From NCBI GenBank assembly GCA_963755715.1, contig CAVWLW010000059.1:1-64000 (forward strand): a stretch of DNA of 64,000 nt, in the 5' to 3' direction. The translations under genes were made by a program, and so were the position numbers. Positions 51,806-61,906 of this stretch are shown one piece after another. This stretch comes from an uncultured delta proteobacterium. Lineage in GTDB: Bacteria; Desulfobacterota; Binatia; UBA9968. The first letter of the stretch is position 1. The number at the start of each line of letters is the position of its first letter. Below the pieces are notes generated by a model that saw nothing but the letters and a program-made list of their open reading frames with translations, made no database searches and was not told the origin of the DNA.

Positions 51806-52201
51806 ATGTTCGATATCAAAGGAATCAGAACTTTTGCCACCAGCGCCAAGGATCTCGACAAGGCGGTGGAGTTTTATACCAAAGTGATCGGCGGCCAGAT
51901 CGTCAAAAAGGTCGAACCGACCGAAGAACAGAAAAAAGCCGGACAAGTGAAGGAAGTCGACGTCAGGCTCGGCAATTTCGAAGTGCATCTGTTCGATGCG
52001 TCGATCAAACCGCGCGAAGTCGACCCGCATCACACGCTGAACATTCCCTGGCAGGAAAAAGACAGGGCGCTTTCGTCGCTGCAAGACATCGGCGCGAACA
52101 TCGAAAAAGTCCGGCCGCACCGAGACAGCGATAATTATTCGATCAACGTCTTCGATCCCGACGGCAACCGCTGGGAACTGTCGTTCGTGAAGGGAAACTA
52201 A
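51806..52201 (+). CDS. VOC family protein
   Basis: AAGGAGG RBS; DLDKAVEFY and FDPDGNRWE motifs. Confidence 0.9.
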   Translation: MFDIKGIRTFATSAKDLDKAVEFYTKVIGGQIVKKVEPTEEQKKAGQVKEVDVRLGNFEVHLFDASIKPREVDPHHTLNIPWQEKDRALSSLQDIGANIEKVRPHRDSDNYSINVFDPDGNRWELSFVKGN

Positions 52202-52287
52202 ACCGAAGTTAAACTCGTTCAAGTAGTTCAAAGCATCCGAACCGATCCGGACCTATTGAACTACTTGAACGGCTTGAACGATTTGAA
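52201..52287. repeat. TTGAAC 9-mer tandem/inverted intergenic repeat (also about 625-670, 27706-27749, 33274-33297, 61864-61905)
   Basis: Units such as TTGAACGGC/TTGAACGAT, usually just 3' of genes. Confidence 0.75.
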
Positions 52288-52296
52288 TCTTCTACT

Positions 52297-53451
52297 TCAG
52301 TTGTACTTCTTCAGCACTTCTCGTGCGATCACCATGCGCATGACCTCGGAGGCGCCTTCGGTGATCATGCGGCTGCGCTGATCGACGAACCATTTCGCGA
52401 GTGGCAGATCCAAGGTCAAACCAATGCCACCGTGGATTTGCAGCACGCGATCGACGACGCGGAATGACATCTCGTCGGCGAACAGCTTGGCCATGTAAGC
52501 TTCGTTGCGAATGTCTTGTTTCTGGTCGTTCTTCCATGCCGCCTGATAGACCATCAAACGAGCGGCGTGCAGCTCGACGTACGAATCGGCCAGCTTGAAT
52601 GTAATGCCCTGCCGTTCCGACAGCGGCTTTCCGAAAGTGATTCGTTCTTTGGAATAGCGCGCGCCCATCTCGATGCAGCGCTCGGCAACACCTAAAGCGC
52701 GCGCGCCATGTTTCAGCCTGCCGATGCCGAGCCATTTTTGCGCTAGCTTGAATCCTTCGCCTTCTTTACCGACAAGATTTTCGACCGGGACTTTCATGTC
52801 GTCAAACGTAATATGCCAAGGTTCCTCGCCCATCATCGTCTTATATCGGGTCACGAGCGTCAGCCCCGGCGTTTTCATATCCACCATGAAGCAGGAAATA
52901 CCGCCGTGTGCACCTTTAGCTGGATCGGTCACGGCCATCAGTTGGCCGAAGCCGGCTTCACCGGCGCCGGTGATGAAGCGCTTGGTGCCATTGACAATAT
53001 AGTAGTCGCCTTGGCGTACGGCCCTGGTTTTCATCGAAGCCGGATCGGAGCCCGCGTCCGGCTCGGTCTGCATGAAGCAAAGCTTTTTCTCGCCGTTTCT
53101 AATCGGATCCAAAAAGCGTTTTTTCTGCTCGTCGTTCAAAGCGTAAAGGATCGGCCGGATTTCAGGCCCAAAGATGCCCTGACCGCGCGAGGGTAACGCC
53201 ACCGTGCGCGCCAATTCTTCCCACACCAACACCTGCGCCAAGCTCCCCAATCCGCCGCCGCCGTATTCTTCCGGCACATCGAACATCCACAAGCCCATCT
53301 CTTTGGTTTTCTTTTCCAGACGCTCGCGGATATCTGGTTTCAGTTCCATATTCTCGATCGTGTGCATCTCGACCGGAATGAGCTCCTTGTCGACAAACTT
53401 GCGCACCGTGTCTTTGAGCATCTGCAGTTCTTCAGGCAAATTGAAATCCAT
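52297..53451 (-). CDS. acyl-CoA dehydrogenase
   Basis: QTEPDAGSD, NGTKRFIT, LQIHGGIG and ITEGASEV motifs. Confidence 0.95.
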   Translation of the reverse strand: MDFNLPEELQMLKDTVRKFVDKELIPVEMHTIENMELKPDIRERLEKKTKEMGLWMFDVPEEYGGGGLGSLAQVLVWEELARTVALPSRGQGIFGPEIRPILYALNDEQKKRFLDPIRNGEKKLCFMQTEPDAGSDPASMKTRAVRQGDYYIVNGTKRFITGAGEAGFGQLMAVTDPAKGAHGGISCFMVDMKTPGLTLVTRYKTMMGEEPWHITFDDMKVPVENLVGKEGEGFKLAQKWLGIGRLKHGARALGVAERCIEMGARYSKERITFGKPLSERQGITFKLADSYVELHAARLMVYQAAWKNDQKQDIRNEAYMAKLFADEMSFRVVDRVLQIHGGIGLTLDLPLAKWFVDQRSRMITEGASEVMRMVIAREVLKKYN

Positions 53452-53548
53452 TCGTTTTCTCCGTGAAGTCCAGTAGCCAGAAGTCAGTATTCAGAATCCC
53501 CTTCGCTTTGCATTCTGACTTCTGAATTCTGATTTCTGACTCATACTT

Positions 53549-54368
53549 CTACTTCTTTTCCTCAACCTTATACGAGCCGAGGCCCGGCCGGTATTCCTTA
53601 CGCGCGAACTGCTGCAGCCCCGGCCGCCCGCCGATCGCCGCTTTGGCCTTATCGGAAATCAAGCCGGAGATTTCGTAGGCGACGTCCGGATTGGAGTAGA
53701 AGGTGTAGTACCACGCTTCTTTGACGGCATTGAGCGCCGATGGCGCTTTCTCTTTCAGGTTGTTGGCGATGTCCATCACTTCCTTGTCTAAATCCGCGCG
53801 CGGCACCGCTTTGGTAATCAAGCCGATCCGCTCAGCCTCTTTCGCGTTCATGGTTTTTCCCGTGAGCGCATAATAGAGGCCGTGCTTGGGCTGTAAATGC
53901 TCGGTCAAGACGATCGTCACTTCGCCGCCGGGAAAATGACCGAAGTTGACTTCCGAGAGACCGAATTGCACGTCGTCCGCCGCGATCGCGATATCGCAAC
54001 CGGTGACCACCGTGAAGCCGCCGCCGAATACCCAGCCGTTGATCTTGGCAATCACCGGCTGCGGCATTTTGCGCAGGATCTCGTTGCGCCACTGGCGCGA
54101 TTTCTCCCGCACCTCGTCGCGCACGCGCTCCGGTTGCGAATCCATCTCGATAAAATACTGCTTCAAATCCTGCCCGGCGCAAAAGCTCTCCCCTGCTCCG
54201 GTGATGATGATCACGCGGGTCTCCTTGTCATATTGCAGATCGGTTCAAGCAATCGTACATCTCCCGGTGCAACTGCGGGCTCATCGCGTTGCGCTTCTCG
54301 GGACGATTCAACGTGACCGTCGTCACGCCGTCTTTGTTGTCGACCAATAAAGTCTGATAGTTTGCCAT
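53549..54368 (-). CDS. crotonase, p-hydroxycinnamoyl-CoA hydratase/lyase-like, frameshifted near 54245
   Basis: MANYQTLLV...NRPEKRNAMSPQLH, then AGQDLKQYF, GWVFGGG, LSEVNFG, LYYALTG and RPGLGSY. Confidence 0.8.
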
Positions 54369-54566
54369 TGCCATTCCTCCTTCAAAATATTGTCGAATAA
54401 TTACTTCCTCGTCCTACTCCGTTCTAAGCAAAACTGTCAACGACTAGCGACGCGACAAGTTTGTTCTCGCTGTCATCCTGAGCAGAGCGAAGGATCTCGT
54501 CCCGATTCTAAGCCCAGATTCTTCGGCGTTGCCTCAGAATGACATCCATCGGTCAAATAAGATGGC

Positions 54567-55601
54567 TTAGCGCCGGACCAAGTCCCTGAGCAATTTCTTC
54601 CAGTGGTCCTCGGCTTTCTCGTATTGTTCGAGCGTGTAGCCTTTCTCCGGGTACCAGCGCTTGAAGCCATAGTTCTTGGTCGAGGTCGCGAAGCGGAACT
54701 TTTCTTCAAATATCTTTTGCCCTTCGGGACTGAGTAGAAAGTCTATAAACATAAGCGCCGCGTATGGATTGTTGGCTGCCGTGGGCAGGGCAACGCCGCC
54801 GGCGTTGGTCGGATTAAGATCCATCGGCATCCATTCGGTCGGCGCGCCCTTCGGCTTGCCTGAAAGCACGTGATTGCGAAAGATGGAGATCGACATCGGC
54901 ATCTCACCGGCCGCCATCAACTCATGCATCGCGCCGCCGGAAATCATATGCATCTGAATATCCAGCCCGCGCAATTGTTTGATGTACTCTTCGCCTTTGG
55001 CCTTGATCATCGCGCCGATGAAGCGCACTCCCGTGGTGTCGCCGCTGACGGCGATCTTGCCTTTGTATTCCGGCTTGGCTAACTCGGTAAAATTCTTCGG
55101 CACGTCGGCGGCGCGAATTAGGTTGCGATTGTAACCCAAGCCGACAATCGACTCGCGGTCCGTCGTCCAGAACACTCTTCCTTTGTCGGCCTCTTCCTTC
55201 GCGTCGTCGGGGAACTGCGCTAAATGCGGCGAAAAGTACGGTGAGAGCATCTTGTTTTCGCGCATCATCATCAGCGTCGCCGGGGTGGTCTCGATCAAGT
55301 CGGCGATGCTGCGCTTGGACTGCGCTTCGGTGATCAGCCGGCGCGTCAGATCGTTGGGCCCGGCGCGATACGTTTCAACTTTGATGCCCGGATATTTCGC
55401 CTCGAAAACGTTGGCGATATCGCGATGCGCGGTGAGGCTCGTGTACCAGACGAGCTTGCCTTCCTTCTTTGCCCCGGCCTTGAGCATCTCTTCTCGATCC
55501 GCGCCGCGATAGTTAGCGAGATCGGCAACCGATTTCGTTTGCGCGCCAGCTGGCGAGGCTGCGCAAAACCAGTAAACGAGCATGAGAACTAGGAGTGGCA
55601 T
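54567..55601 (-). CDS. ABC extracellular solute-binding protein (Fe3+/thiamine-binding-like family)
   Basis: AKKEGKLVWYTS, FEAKYPGIKV and FIDFLLSPEGQ motifs. Confidence 0.88.
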   Translation of the reverse strand: MPLLVLMLVYWFCAASPAGAQTKSVADLANYRGADREEMLKAGAKKEGKLVWYTSLTAHRDIANVFEAKYPGIKVETYRAGPNDLTRRLITEAQSKRSIADLIETTPATLMMMRENKMLSPYFSPHLAQFPDDAKEEADKGRVFWTTDRESIVGLGYNRNLIRAADVPKNFTELAKPEYKGKIAVSGDTTGVRFIGAMIKAKGEEYIKQLRGLDIQMHMISGGAMHELMAAGEMPMSISIFRNHVLSGKPKGAPTEWMPMDLNPTNAGGVALPTAANNPYAALMFIDFLLSPEGQKIFEEKFRFATSTKNYGFKRWYPEKGYTLEQYEKAEDHWKKLLRDLVRR

Positions 55602-55659
55602 CTTCTACTCCCTAAAATCTTTCCCACCCAATATTCTACCACTCCACGCCACTCCCATC

Positions 55660-58038
55660 TCACTCCAGCACCCCGTCGCGCTTGTGCGCGGCGATCGTCG
55701 CTTCGTCGTAGCCGACCACGTCGCGCAGCACGGCTTCGGTATCGCGGCCGAGCACCGGAAACTCCCAGCGCCGTGTCAGCTTCGCGTTGGCGAAGTGCAG
55801 AGGAAAATTCGGCAGGACGACGCGGCCGAGCCGCGGATTATCCACCGCGACTACGAAGCCGCGTTCTTTTAGTTGGGGATCGTTGGTCAGATCCTCGCCG
55901 GTTTGCACCGCCCCGCCTGGGATACCAGCTTTTTGTAATTGATCGCGCAGGGCAAAGGCATCTTGATCTTGGGTCCATTGCGCAATGATAGCATTGAGGG
56001 CTGCGCTGTTTTTCAGTCTCTCCGCGTTGGTTTTGAAACGTTGATCCTGCCCGATTCCCCCACCAATAAGCTGAGCCAACGCCGTCCACTGCGCTTCGTT
56101 TTCGGCGGCGATCACGCACCAGCGGTCTTCGCCTTTGCACGGGTAGCAATCATGCGGCGCGATGGCAATCGATGCATTGCCGACCGGCTCGGGATCTTTG
56201 CCCGTCGACGCCGCTTCCATCAAATTCGCGCCGATCATGAACGCCGTCGCTTCGGATTGCGCCAGGTCGATGAACGCGCCCTTCTTGTGCCGATCGCGAT
56301 GAAGCACGCCGGAAATAATAATAATCGCGCACAACGTCCCGGAAACGTAGTCCGGAAACACCGTCTGCGAGCCGATCGGCGGATGGGTATTGCCGGGATG
56401 ATTCCACATGTAAGTGAGCCCGGTAAATGACGTAATGTTCACGCCGACGGTCGAGAAATGGCGCTTGGGTCCGGTGGTGCCGAGGCCGGGCATGCGCAGG
56501 TTGACGATATCCGGCTTCACTCTGCACAGTTGGTCGTAAGACAAGCCGATGCGCTCGACTACGTCGACACTGTAGTTATCGAGCACGGCGTCTGCCTTCG
56601 CGACCAGGTCATGCAGCACACCCTGGCCCTTGGGATGTTTGAGATTGACCGTAAAAGAACGCTTGTTGCGGTTGAATTCGAGAAAGCGCGGCGAAAGATT
56701 CGGATCTTCGCCGGTGCCGAAAAAACGAAACGGATCCATGCCGCCCTTACTCGATTCGATCTTGAACACGTCAGCGCCCAATTCGGCGAGGATCGTCGTG
56801 CCGTAGGGCCCGGCGAGCACATGGTCGAAGCTGACGATGCGCATGCCGTCGAGGGGACCATTATCGCTATTCGGGGCGAAGGTCGTTTTGGTCGGTGCGA
56901 CTCGCTTCACGCTGCTATCGCGCCAGCTATCGAGCGGCGGCACGCTGCCCACTGCCGGCCGTGCGCCATCGATAACAAATGGCATCGCCGGCTGCCGCGT
57001 GCTGCCGAATCCGGCGTGCTCCACCGGCGCCATAAAACCGCGTCCGCGCACGTGCTCGTCGTTGGCAAACCCCATCGGCGTATTGACCGGCACGCAGGGA
57101 ATACCTTTCGCCTGCAACAGATCGGTGATCTCCGCCATGGTAAATTTGCCGATGAAAGCCTCGACCGCCGGATTGAGCTCATCGGCATGAGCTCTGCGAT
57201 AGACATTATTGAGCCAGTCCGGCGCATCGAACACCGCCGCATGATCTTTCCACACGCTGAGGAACAGTTTCCAATGCTGCCGCGTCACGTAAAGATAAAC
57301 GAAGCCGTCGCGACACTGGAAAATTTTCGCCGGCGCCACCGAGCCATGCTGGCTGCCGGCGCGCTTGAGAACCTGTTTTTCATTGGCCCACAGTCGGATG
57401 ATGTGCTCCTGCGTCGCTAGCGTCTCCTGCATCGACGCGTCGATGTGATCGCCTTGGCCCGTGCGCTCGCGCCGGTAAAGCGCGGCGAGCAAACCGGCCG
57501 TGGCAAACAAGCTCGCGAAATAGTAGGCCTGGGTTTCCGGCGGCTTGCATGGCGCCAGAGACGGGTCTCCCGAAATGTATAAGAACCCGCTTTCCGCCAG
57601 TGCGACGAGATCGTTGCACGCGTAGTTTTTCTTGGGTCCGGTTTGACCGAACGCGCTGATCGATGCCATCACGATGCCCGGATTGATCGCGGCGAGATCT
57701 TTGTAACCGAGCCCTTTGGCGTCCAACTCGCCCGGCTGAAAACTTTCGATCACCACGTCCGCAGTTTCAACCAATTGGCGCAACGCGGCGCGTCCCGCAT
57801 CGGTTTCCAAGTCGAGGACCTTGCTCGCTTTGCCCGCGTTCAGATGGGCGAACGTCGTGCTCAGTAATTTTCCGTCGGCAGATTTGACGAAGGGCGCCAG
57901 GTTGCGCACCGGGTCGCCGCCGGGCGGTTCGATCTTGATGACTTCCATGCCCAAATCGGCGAGCAGCCGCCCGCAGAGTTGGCCGCTCAAATCAGTCAAA
58001 TCCAATGCTCTAAAACCTTTGAGAAACTCTCCGCTCAT
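55660..58038 (-). CDS. family III (CaiB/BaiF) CoA-transferase, two fused domains
   Basis: LADLGMEVIKIEPPGGD and AGPYGTTILAELGADVFKIE; NRNKRS motif. Confidence 0.92.
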   Translation of the reverse strand: MSGEFLKGFRALDLTDLSGQLCGRLLADLGMEVIKIEPPGGDPVRNLAPFVKSADGKLLSTTFAHLNAGKASKVLDLETDAGRAALRQLVETADVVIESFQPGELDAKGLGYKDLAAINPGIVMASISAFGQTGPKKNYACNDLVALAESGFLYISGDPSLAPCKPPETQAYYFASLFATAGLLAALYRRERTGQGDHIDASMQETLATQEHIIRLWANEKQVLKRAGSQHGSVAPAKIFQCRDGFVYLYVTRQHWKLFLSVWKDHAAVFDAPDWLNNVYRRAHADELNPAVEAFIGKFTMAEITDLLQAKGIPCVPVNTPMGFANDEHVRGRGFMAPVEHAGFGSTRQPAMPFVIDGARPAVGSVPPLDSWRDSSVKRVAPTKTTFAPNSDNGPLDGMRIVSFDHVLAGPYGTTILAELGADVFKIESSKGGMDPFRFFGTGEDPNLSPRFLEFNRNKRSFTVNLKHPKGQGVLHDLVAKADAVLDNYSVDVVERIGLSYDQLCRVKPDIVNLRMPGLGTTGPKRHFSTVGVNITSFTGLTYMWNHPGNTHPPIGSQTVFPDYVSGTLCAIIIISGVLHRDRHKKGAFIDLAQSEATAFMIGANLMEAASTGKDPEPVGNASIAIAPHDCYPCKGEDRWCVIAAENEAQWTALAQLIGGGIGQDQRFKTNAERLKNSAALNAIIAQWTQDQDAFALRDQLQKAGIPGGAVQTGEDLTNDPQLKERGFVVAVDNPRLGRVVLPNFPLHFANAKLTRRWEFPVLGRDTEAVLRDVVGYDEATIAAHKRDGVLE

Positions 58039-58110
58039 AGCTCTTCTTTCGAATCTCCTTTTTGTAATAGTGCTGTCATTTCGAGCGGAAGCGAGAAATC
58101 TTTCTCGATT

Positions 58111-59238
58111 TTACGCTCCCACGTATCGGCTGCGCATGTCGTTCAGAATCTGCGCCGCTTCTGAAACCATGCGTTCGACGATCTCCCTGGCGGGGACGTT
58201 GTTGCGCTGCTCGCTCAACATTCCGGCAACCTGTCCGCCGGGAACATGCAAGAGATCGACGCGATTCGCCGCTTCGGCCGCGCGTCGCACTTCGTCCATC
58301 GCGTTGCCCTGGTAAGGCGTGGGCATCGCCTCAAGCCCCGAGCTCATCCAGGCCTTGATAACATCACTGCGATAGTGGCGCGCGAAGTGGCCACTGGTGT
58401 AGGCGGTACGGACAAAGTCTTCCGAAGTGCCATTAAGAATCTGCTTTTTGTAAATCGGATTGATACCGCCCTCTTGCGTCACCAAGAATGTCGTACCGCA
58501 CCAGACACCCACCGCGCCCAAGGCCAGTGCCGCCGCCACGCCGCGCCCATCGGAAATACCACCGGCGGCGACCACGGGTTTCGGTCTCACCGCGTCGACG
58601 ATCTGCGGAATCAAGGGAAAGTTGCCGATGGTTCCGGTGTGGCCACCCGCTTCATAGCCTTGGGCAATAATTACATCGGCGCCTTTGCGCGCATGGCTGA
58701 GCGCATGCTTGACCGCGCCGGCGAGCGCCATGACTTTGATGCCGCGCTCGTGCGCTAGGGGCACCACCTCGGCGGTATCGCCCAAGCCGATGATCAGAAT
58801 CGGCACCTTCTCTTCAAGAATCACCCTGAGCTGCTCGCGCGTAGCCGCGGGCGTTTTCACCCAGCTCTTTCGGTCCGGCGGCTGCGGCGTCAAGCCGAGT
58901 TTAGGAATCAACTCATCGTTGAACTTGGCGTGCTTGGGAAATTTTTCTTGGATCTCTTTGTGCACTTCGTCGGGGTCGGGAATTCTCACATCTTCCATTT
59001 TCGGCAGCGTGATATCGACGCCGAAGGGCTTGTCCGTCAGTTGCCGCACCGCGCGGATACGTTCGCGGATGACTTCGGGTCGGATCGAACTGCCGCCGAT
59101 GCAGCCCAAGCCACCGGCATTCGACACCGCGGCGACCAGCGCCGGCGGGGTCGTCAACCCTTCTTTGTCCCAGCCCATGCCGGCTTGGATGATGGGATAT
59201 TTGATATTCAGCAAATCACATAACGGCGTGTACAGCAT
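58111..59238 (-). CDS. nitronate monooxygenase / FabK-like flavoprotein
   Basis: PIIQAGM, AVSNAGGLG, QGYEAGGH and AAGGISDG motifs. Confidence 0.9.
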   Translation of the reverse strand: MLYTPLCDLLNIKYPIIQAGMGWDKEGLTTPPALVAAVSNAGGLGCIGGSSIRPEVIRERIRAVRQLTDKPFGVDITLPKMEDVRIPDPDEVHKEIQEKFPKHAKFNDELIPKLGLTPQPPDRKSWVKTPAATREQLRVILEEKVPILIIGLGDTAEVVPLAHERGIKVMALAGAVKHALSHARKGADVIIAQGYEAGGHTGTIGNFPLIPQIVDAVRPKPVVAAGGISDGRGVAAALALGAVGVWCGTTFLVTQEGGINPIYKKQILNGTSEDFVRTAYTSGHFARHYRSDVIKAWMSSGLEAMPTPYQGNAMDEVRRAAEAANRVDLLHVPGGQVAGMLSEQRNNVPAREIVERMVSEAAQILNDMRSRYVGA

Positions 59239-59260
59239 AGTCAAATCTCCCGAGAATTAG

Positions 59261-59364
59261 TGCTGAGTTCTGAGTCCTGAGTGCTGAGTTTCGGAAGATG
59301 GCAGCAGCCCGTCTCGCCTGTTCTGCCTTTCTTGCTCAGCACTCAGCACTCGTTACTCAGGACT
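59261..59364. repeat. inverted heptamer tandem repeat (TGCTGAG / CTCAGCA); similar element at 53470-53540
   Basis: Tandem xxCTGAG units followed by complementary CTCAGxx units. Confidence 0.7.
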
Positions 59365-60183
59365 CTATTTCTTCCGATCCTCCGGCTTCACATAGCCGGT
59401 CGTGCCGCCGCCTTTCTGCGAGTGCAGATAGCCTTCCACGTCGTTGAGCGGGTTGGTGTAGTAGCGCATGCGGTGCGAAACCAAATCGTCTGTCTTGAGC
59501 GCGGTCAGAAAATCCATGTCTTTCTGCATGTACGCGGCGATCTTCGCGCTTTCCAAGGTCACGGCGTTACGGCTGCCCAATTCTTTGGCCAGCTGTTCGA
59601 CGTTCGCCACCAACTGATCGTCTGGCACGACCTCGGAGACGAGCCCGATCCGCTCGGCTTGGGCCGCGGTTAGATTCCGCCCTGTGAGCTGAATGTAAAA
59701 CGCCTTCTTGATCGGAATGCCGCTGTGAAACAACGTCGAGGTCGCCACCGCGCCGTAGCTGCCGCGGATCACTTCCGGCATGCCGAACTTCGCCGACTCC
59801 GCTGCGATGCAGAGATCGTGGCCGTTGATCAGCGCCAAACCGCCGCCGAGACACCAACCTCGCACCGCGGCGACCGTAACCTGGGGCATATTGCGCAGCA
59901 CTCGCACGATTTCGTAAGTCGTTCCAGCGTGATCCCAGGCCCGTTTGCGCTTCCACGAATCGCGCAGATCGTAAAGATCGAGTCCGGAAGAATAAGAGTC
60001 GCCCGAGCCGGTCGTCACGACGCATTTGATCTTGTCGTTCTCAGCCAACTCCTTCAGTGCCGCGATCAACTCCGCCATGAATTTTTGGCTCATGGCATTT
60101 TTCTTTTCCGGCCGGTTAAACGTCAGCCACGCAACACCAGCCTCCGCGTCAATCTTCTGTAGAACAGTCGTCAATTCCGCCAT
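59365..60183 (-). CDS. enoyl-CoA hydratase/isomerase family protein
   Basis: FNRPEKKNAMS, SGLDL, GWCLGGG and FGMPE motifs; GGAGG RBS. Confidence 0.9.
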   Translation of the reverse strand: MAELTTVLQKIDAEAGVAWLTFNRPEKKNAMSQKFMAELIAALKELAENDKIKCVVTTGSGDSYSSGLDLYDLRDSWKRKRAWDHAGTTYEIVRVLRNMPQVTVAAVRGWCLGGGLALINGHDLCIAAESAKFGMPEVIRGSYGAVATSTLFHSGIPIKKAFYIQLTGRNLTAAQAERIGLVSEVVPDDQLVANVEQLAKELGSRNAVTLESAKIAAYMQKDMDFLTALKTDDLVSHRMRYYTNPLNDVEGYLHSQKGGGTTGYVKPEDRKK

Positions 60184-60270
60184 AAACATCCTCCAAATAT
60201 CTATCGTGATCCCTATCAGAACTAAAGGTGAATCATCAAACGGCGCGCGCGGCTCGACGCAAAAATAACG

Positions 60271-61236
60271 TTAAAGCCACTTGGCCTTGCGAAAGCGGTA
60301 AAACAAATAGAGATCGATCACGGCCATGGAAATCAACGAAACCGGATAACCGTGCTCCCACTGTATCTCCGGCATGTGCTCGAAGTTCATGCCGTAAATC
60401 CCCGCGATGAGTGTCGGCACGGCGACAAGTGCGGCGTACGCCGCGAGGCGCTTGGTCACCTCATTTTCTTGCAGCGTAATCAATGACAAGCTGACCGAGA
60501 TCGCCGTCGTCACCATGTCGCGCAGACTATCGATCGATTGGTTCAGCCGCACCAGATGGTCCGACACGTCCCTGAAATAATCCTGCAAACTGGCGCAGAG
60601 CTGCGGTACTCGACCGCCATGCAACCTGTTCATGGCCTCCAGCAGCGGCTCCGTAGCATGTCTCAGGATCATCAATTTCTGCTTGATAGAGTAAAGCGCT
60701 TCGATGCTTGCCCGCTCGGTCTGTTTCGCAAAGATCCGCTCCTCGACTCCTTCCAATTCCGTGGATATGGCATCGAGCACGGGAAAATAGCGGTCCACCA
60801 CCGCGTCCATCAAAGCATAAAGCACGTAGGCCGAGCCGTGACGCAGCAATTCCGGCTCCTCCTCGCATCGCTTGCGTACCTCGACAAATCCTTGTTTCGC
60901 CCGTTGACGCACCGAAAGAACGTAATTGCTGCCGACGAAGATACACACCTCGCCGACGCTGAGCTCCTCGCTGCCGTTCTCGATCATATGCAGCACGACG
61001 AAGAGCGATTGGCCGTACTCGTCGATTTTCGGCCGTTGATGTCCCTGGTGCGCGTCCTCGACGGCAAGATCGTGCAAGCCGAATTCCGCCTGCATCGCTT
61101 CTAGCTCGGCGCCGTCAGGATCCTTGAGAGCCACCCAAACAAAACAGCCGGGCTCATTTATAAACAGATGAATCTGACCGACGGGTACGTCGGCCACCTT
61201 CTTGCCGTCTTGATAAGCAACGCAGTTGATGAGCAA
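60271..61236 (-). CDS. corA: magnesium/cobalt transporter CorA
   Basis: HQRPK and YGMNF motifs; two C-terminal TM helices. Confidence 0.95.
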   Translation of the reverse strand: MLINCVAYQDGKKVADVPVGQIHLFINEPGCFVWVALKDPDGAELEAMQAEFGLHDLAVEDAHQGHQRPKIDEYGQSLFVVLHMIENGSEELSVGEVCIFVGSNYVLSVRQRAKQGFVEVRKRCEEEPELLRHGSAYVLYALMDAVVDRYFPVLDAISTELEGVEERIFAKQTERASIEALYSIKQKLMILRHATEPLLEAMNRLHGGRVPQLCASLQDYFRDVSDHLVRLNQSIDSLRDMVTTAISVSLSLITLQENEVTKRLAAYAALVAVPTLIAGIYGMNFEHMPEIQWEHGYPVSLISMAVIDLYLFYRFRKAKWL

Positions 61237-61273
61237 GAGGTAACCCCTTAGATACTAGATAGCGCTGCCAAGA

Positions 61274-61726
61274 TTAACGCTTTTCAATATTGGCGATATC
61301 CATCATGTCCCGTTGGCCGCCGTTGCGATACAGTCGTTTGCCTTTGCGCGGATAATCGACCACATCCTGAGGCAACCGTTGACCGATCACGAGACAGACC
61401 AGCGGCTCGGTGCCGTCGTTGACGGTTTCATGAGCGGGCCCGCCCGCCGGGAGGCCGATGAAATCCCCGGGTCCGATCTTGTGCGATTCGTCTCCGATCA
61501 CTTCCGTGCCGTGACCCGACAAAACATAAATCGCCTCGTCCTCATATTTATGCGCATGAAACTCCGTCGACTTGTCGCCCGGCGCGATCGAGATCAGATG
61601 AATCCCTATGTTCTTTAGACCCGCCTCATCGCCGAGCGATTTGTCCACCCGAATCGCAGCCGGATTGAGGTTGTGAACGCGACGAACGCCTGCCATGGCG
61701 GCAATCTTTTCAGCGGATACGTACAT
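61274..61726 (-). CDS. cupin domain protein
   Basis: FHAHKYEDEAIYVLSG...PGDF...AH motif; GGAGGTG RBS. Confidence 0.9.
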   Translation of the reverse strand: MYVSAEKIAAMAGVRRVHNLNPAAIRVDKSLGDEAGLKNIGIHLISIAPGDKSTEFHAHKYEDEAIYVLSGHGTEVIGDESHKIGPGDFIGLPAGGPAHETVNDGTEPLVCLVIGQRLPQDVVDYPRKGKRLYRNGGQRDMMDIANIEKR

Positions 61727-61906
61727 GAGCACCTCCTGTATTGAATATTTTCCTGTCATCTCGAGCACAGCGAGAGATCTTTCCGAGTCTGCTGCACCCT
61801 CGCCAAGAAAGATTTCTCACTTCGTTCGAAATGACAGCGTCGGCAATCAGTTCCAGCACAGCCAAACGGCTTGAACGATTTGAACGGCTGGAACGTTTTG
61901 AACGAC

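Noticed and set aside
52201-52287. TTGAAC repeats as a CRISPR array
   Set aside because: Units are about 9 bp with no unique spacers, and no cas genes are present.
54225-54250. TGA ending the first frame of the HCHL-like gene as Sec recoding
   Set aside because: Homology continues in a different frame, so this is an indel and not read-through.
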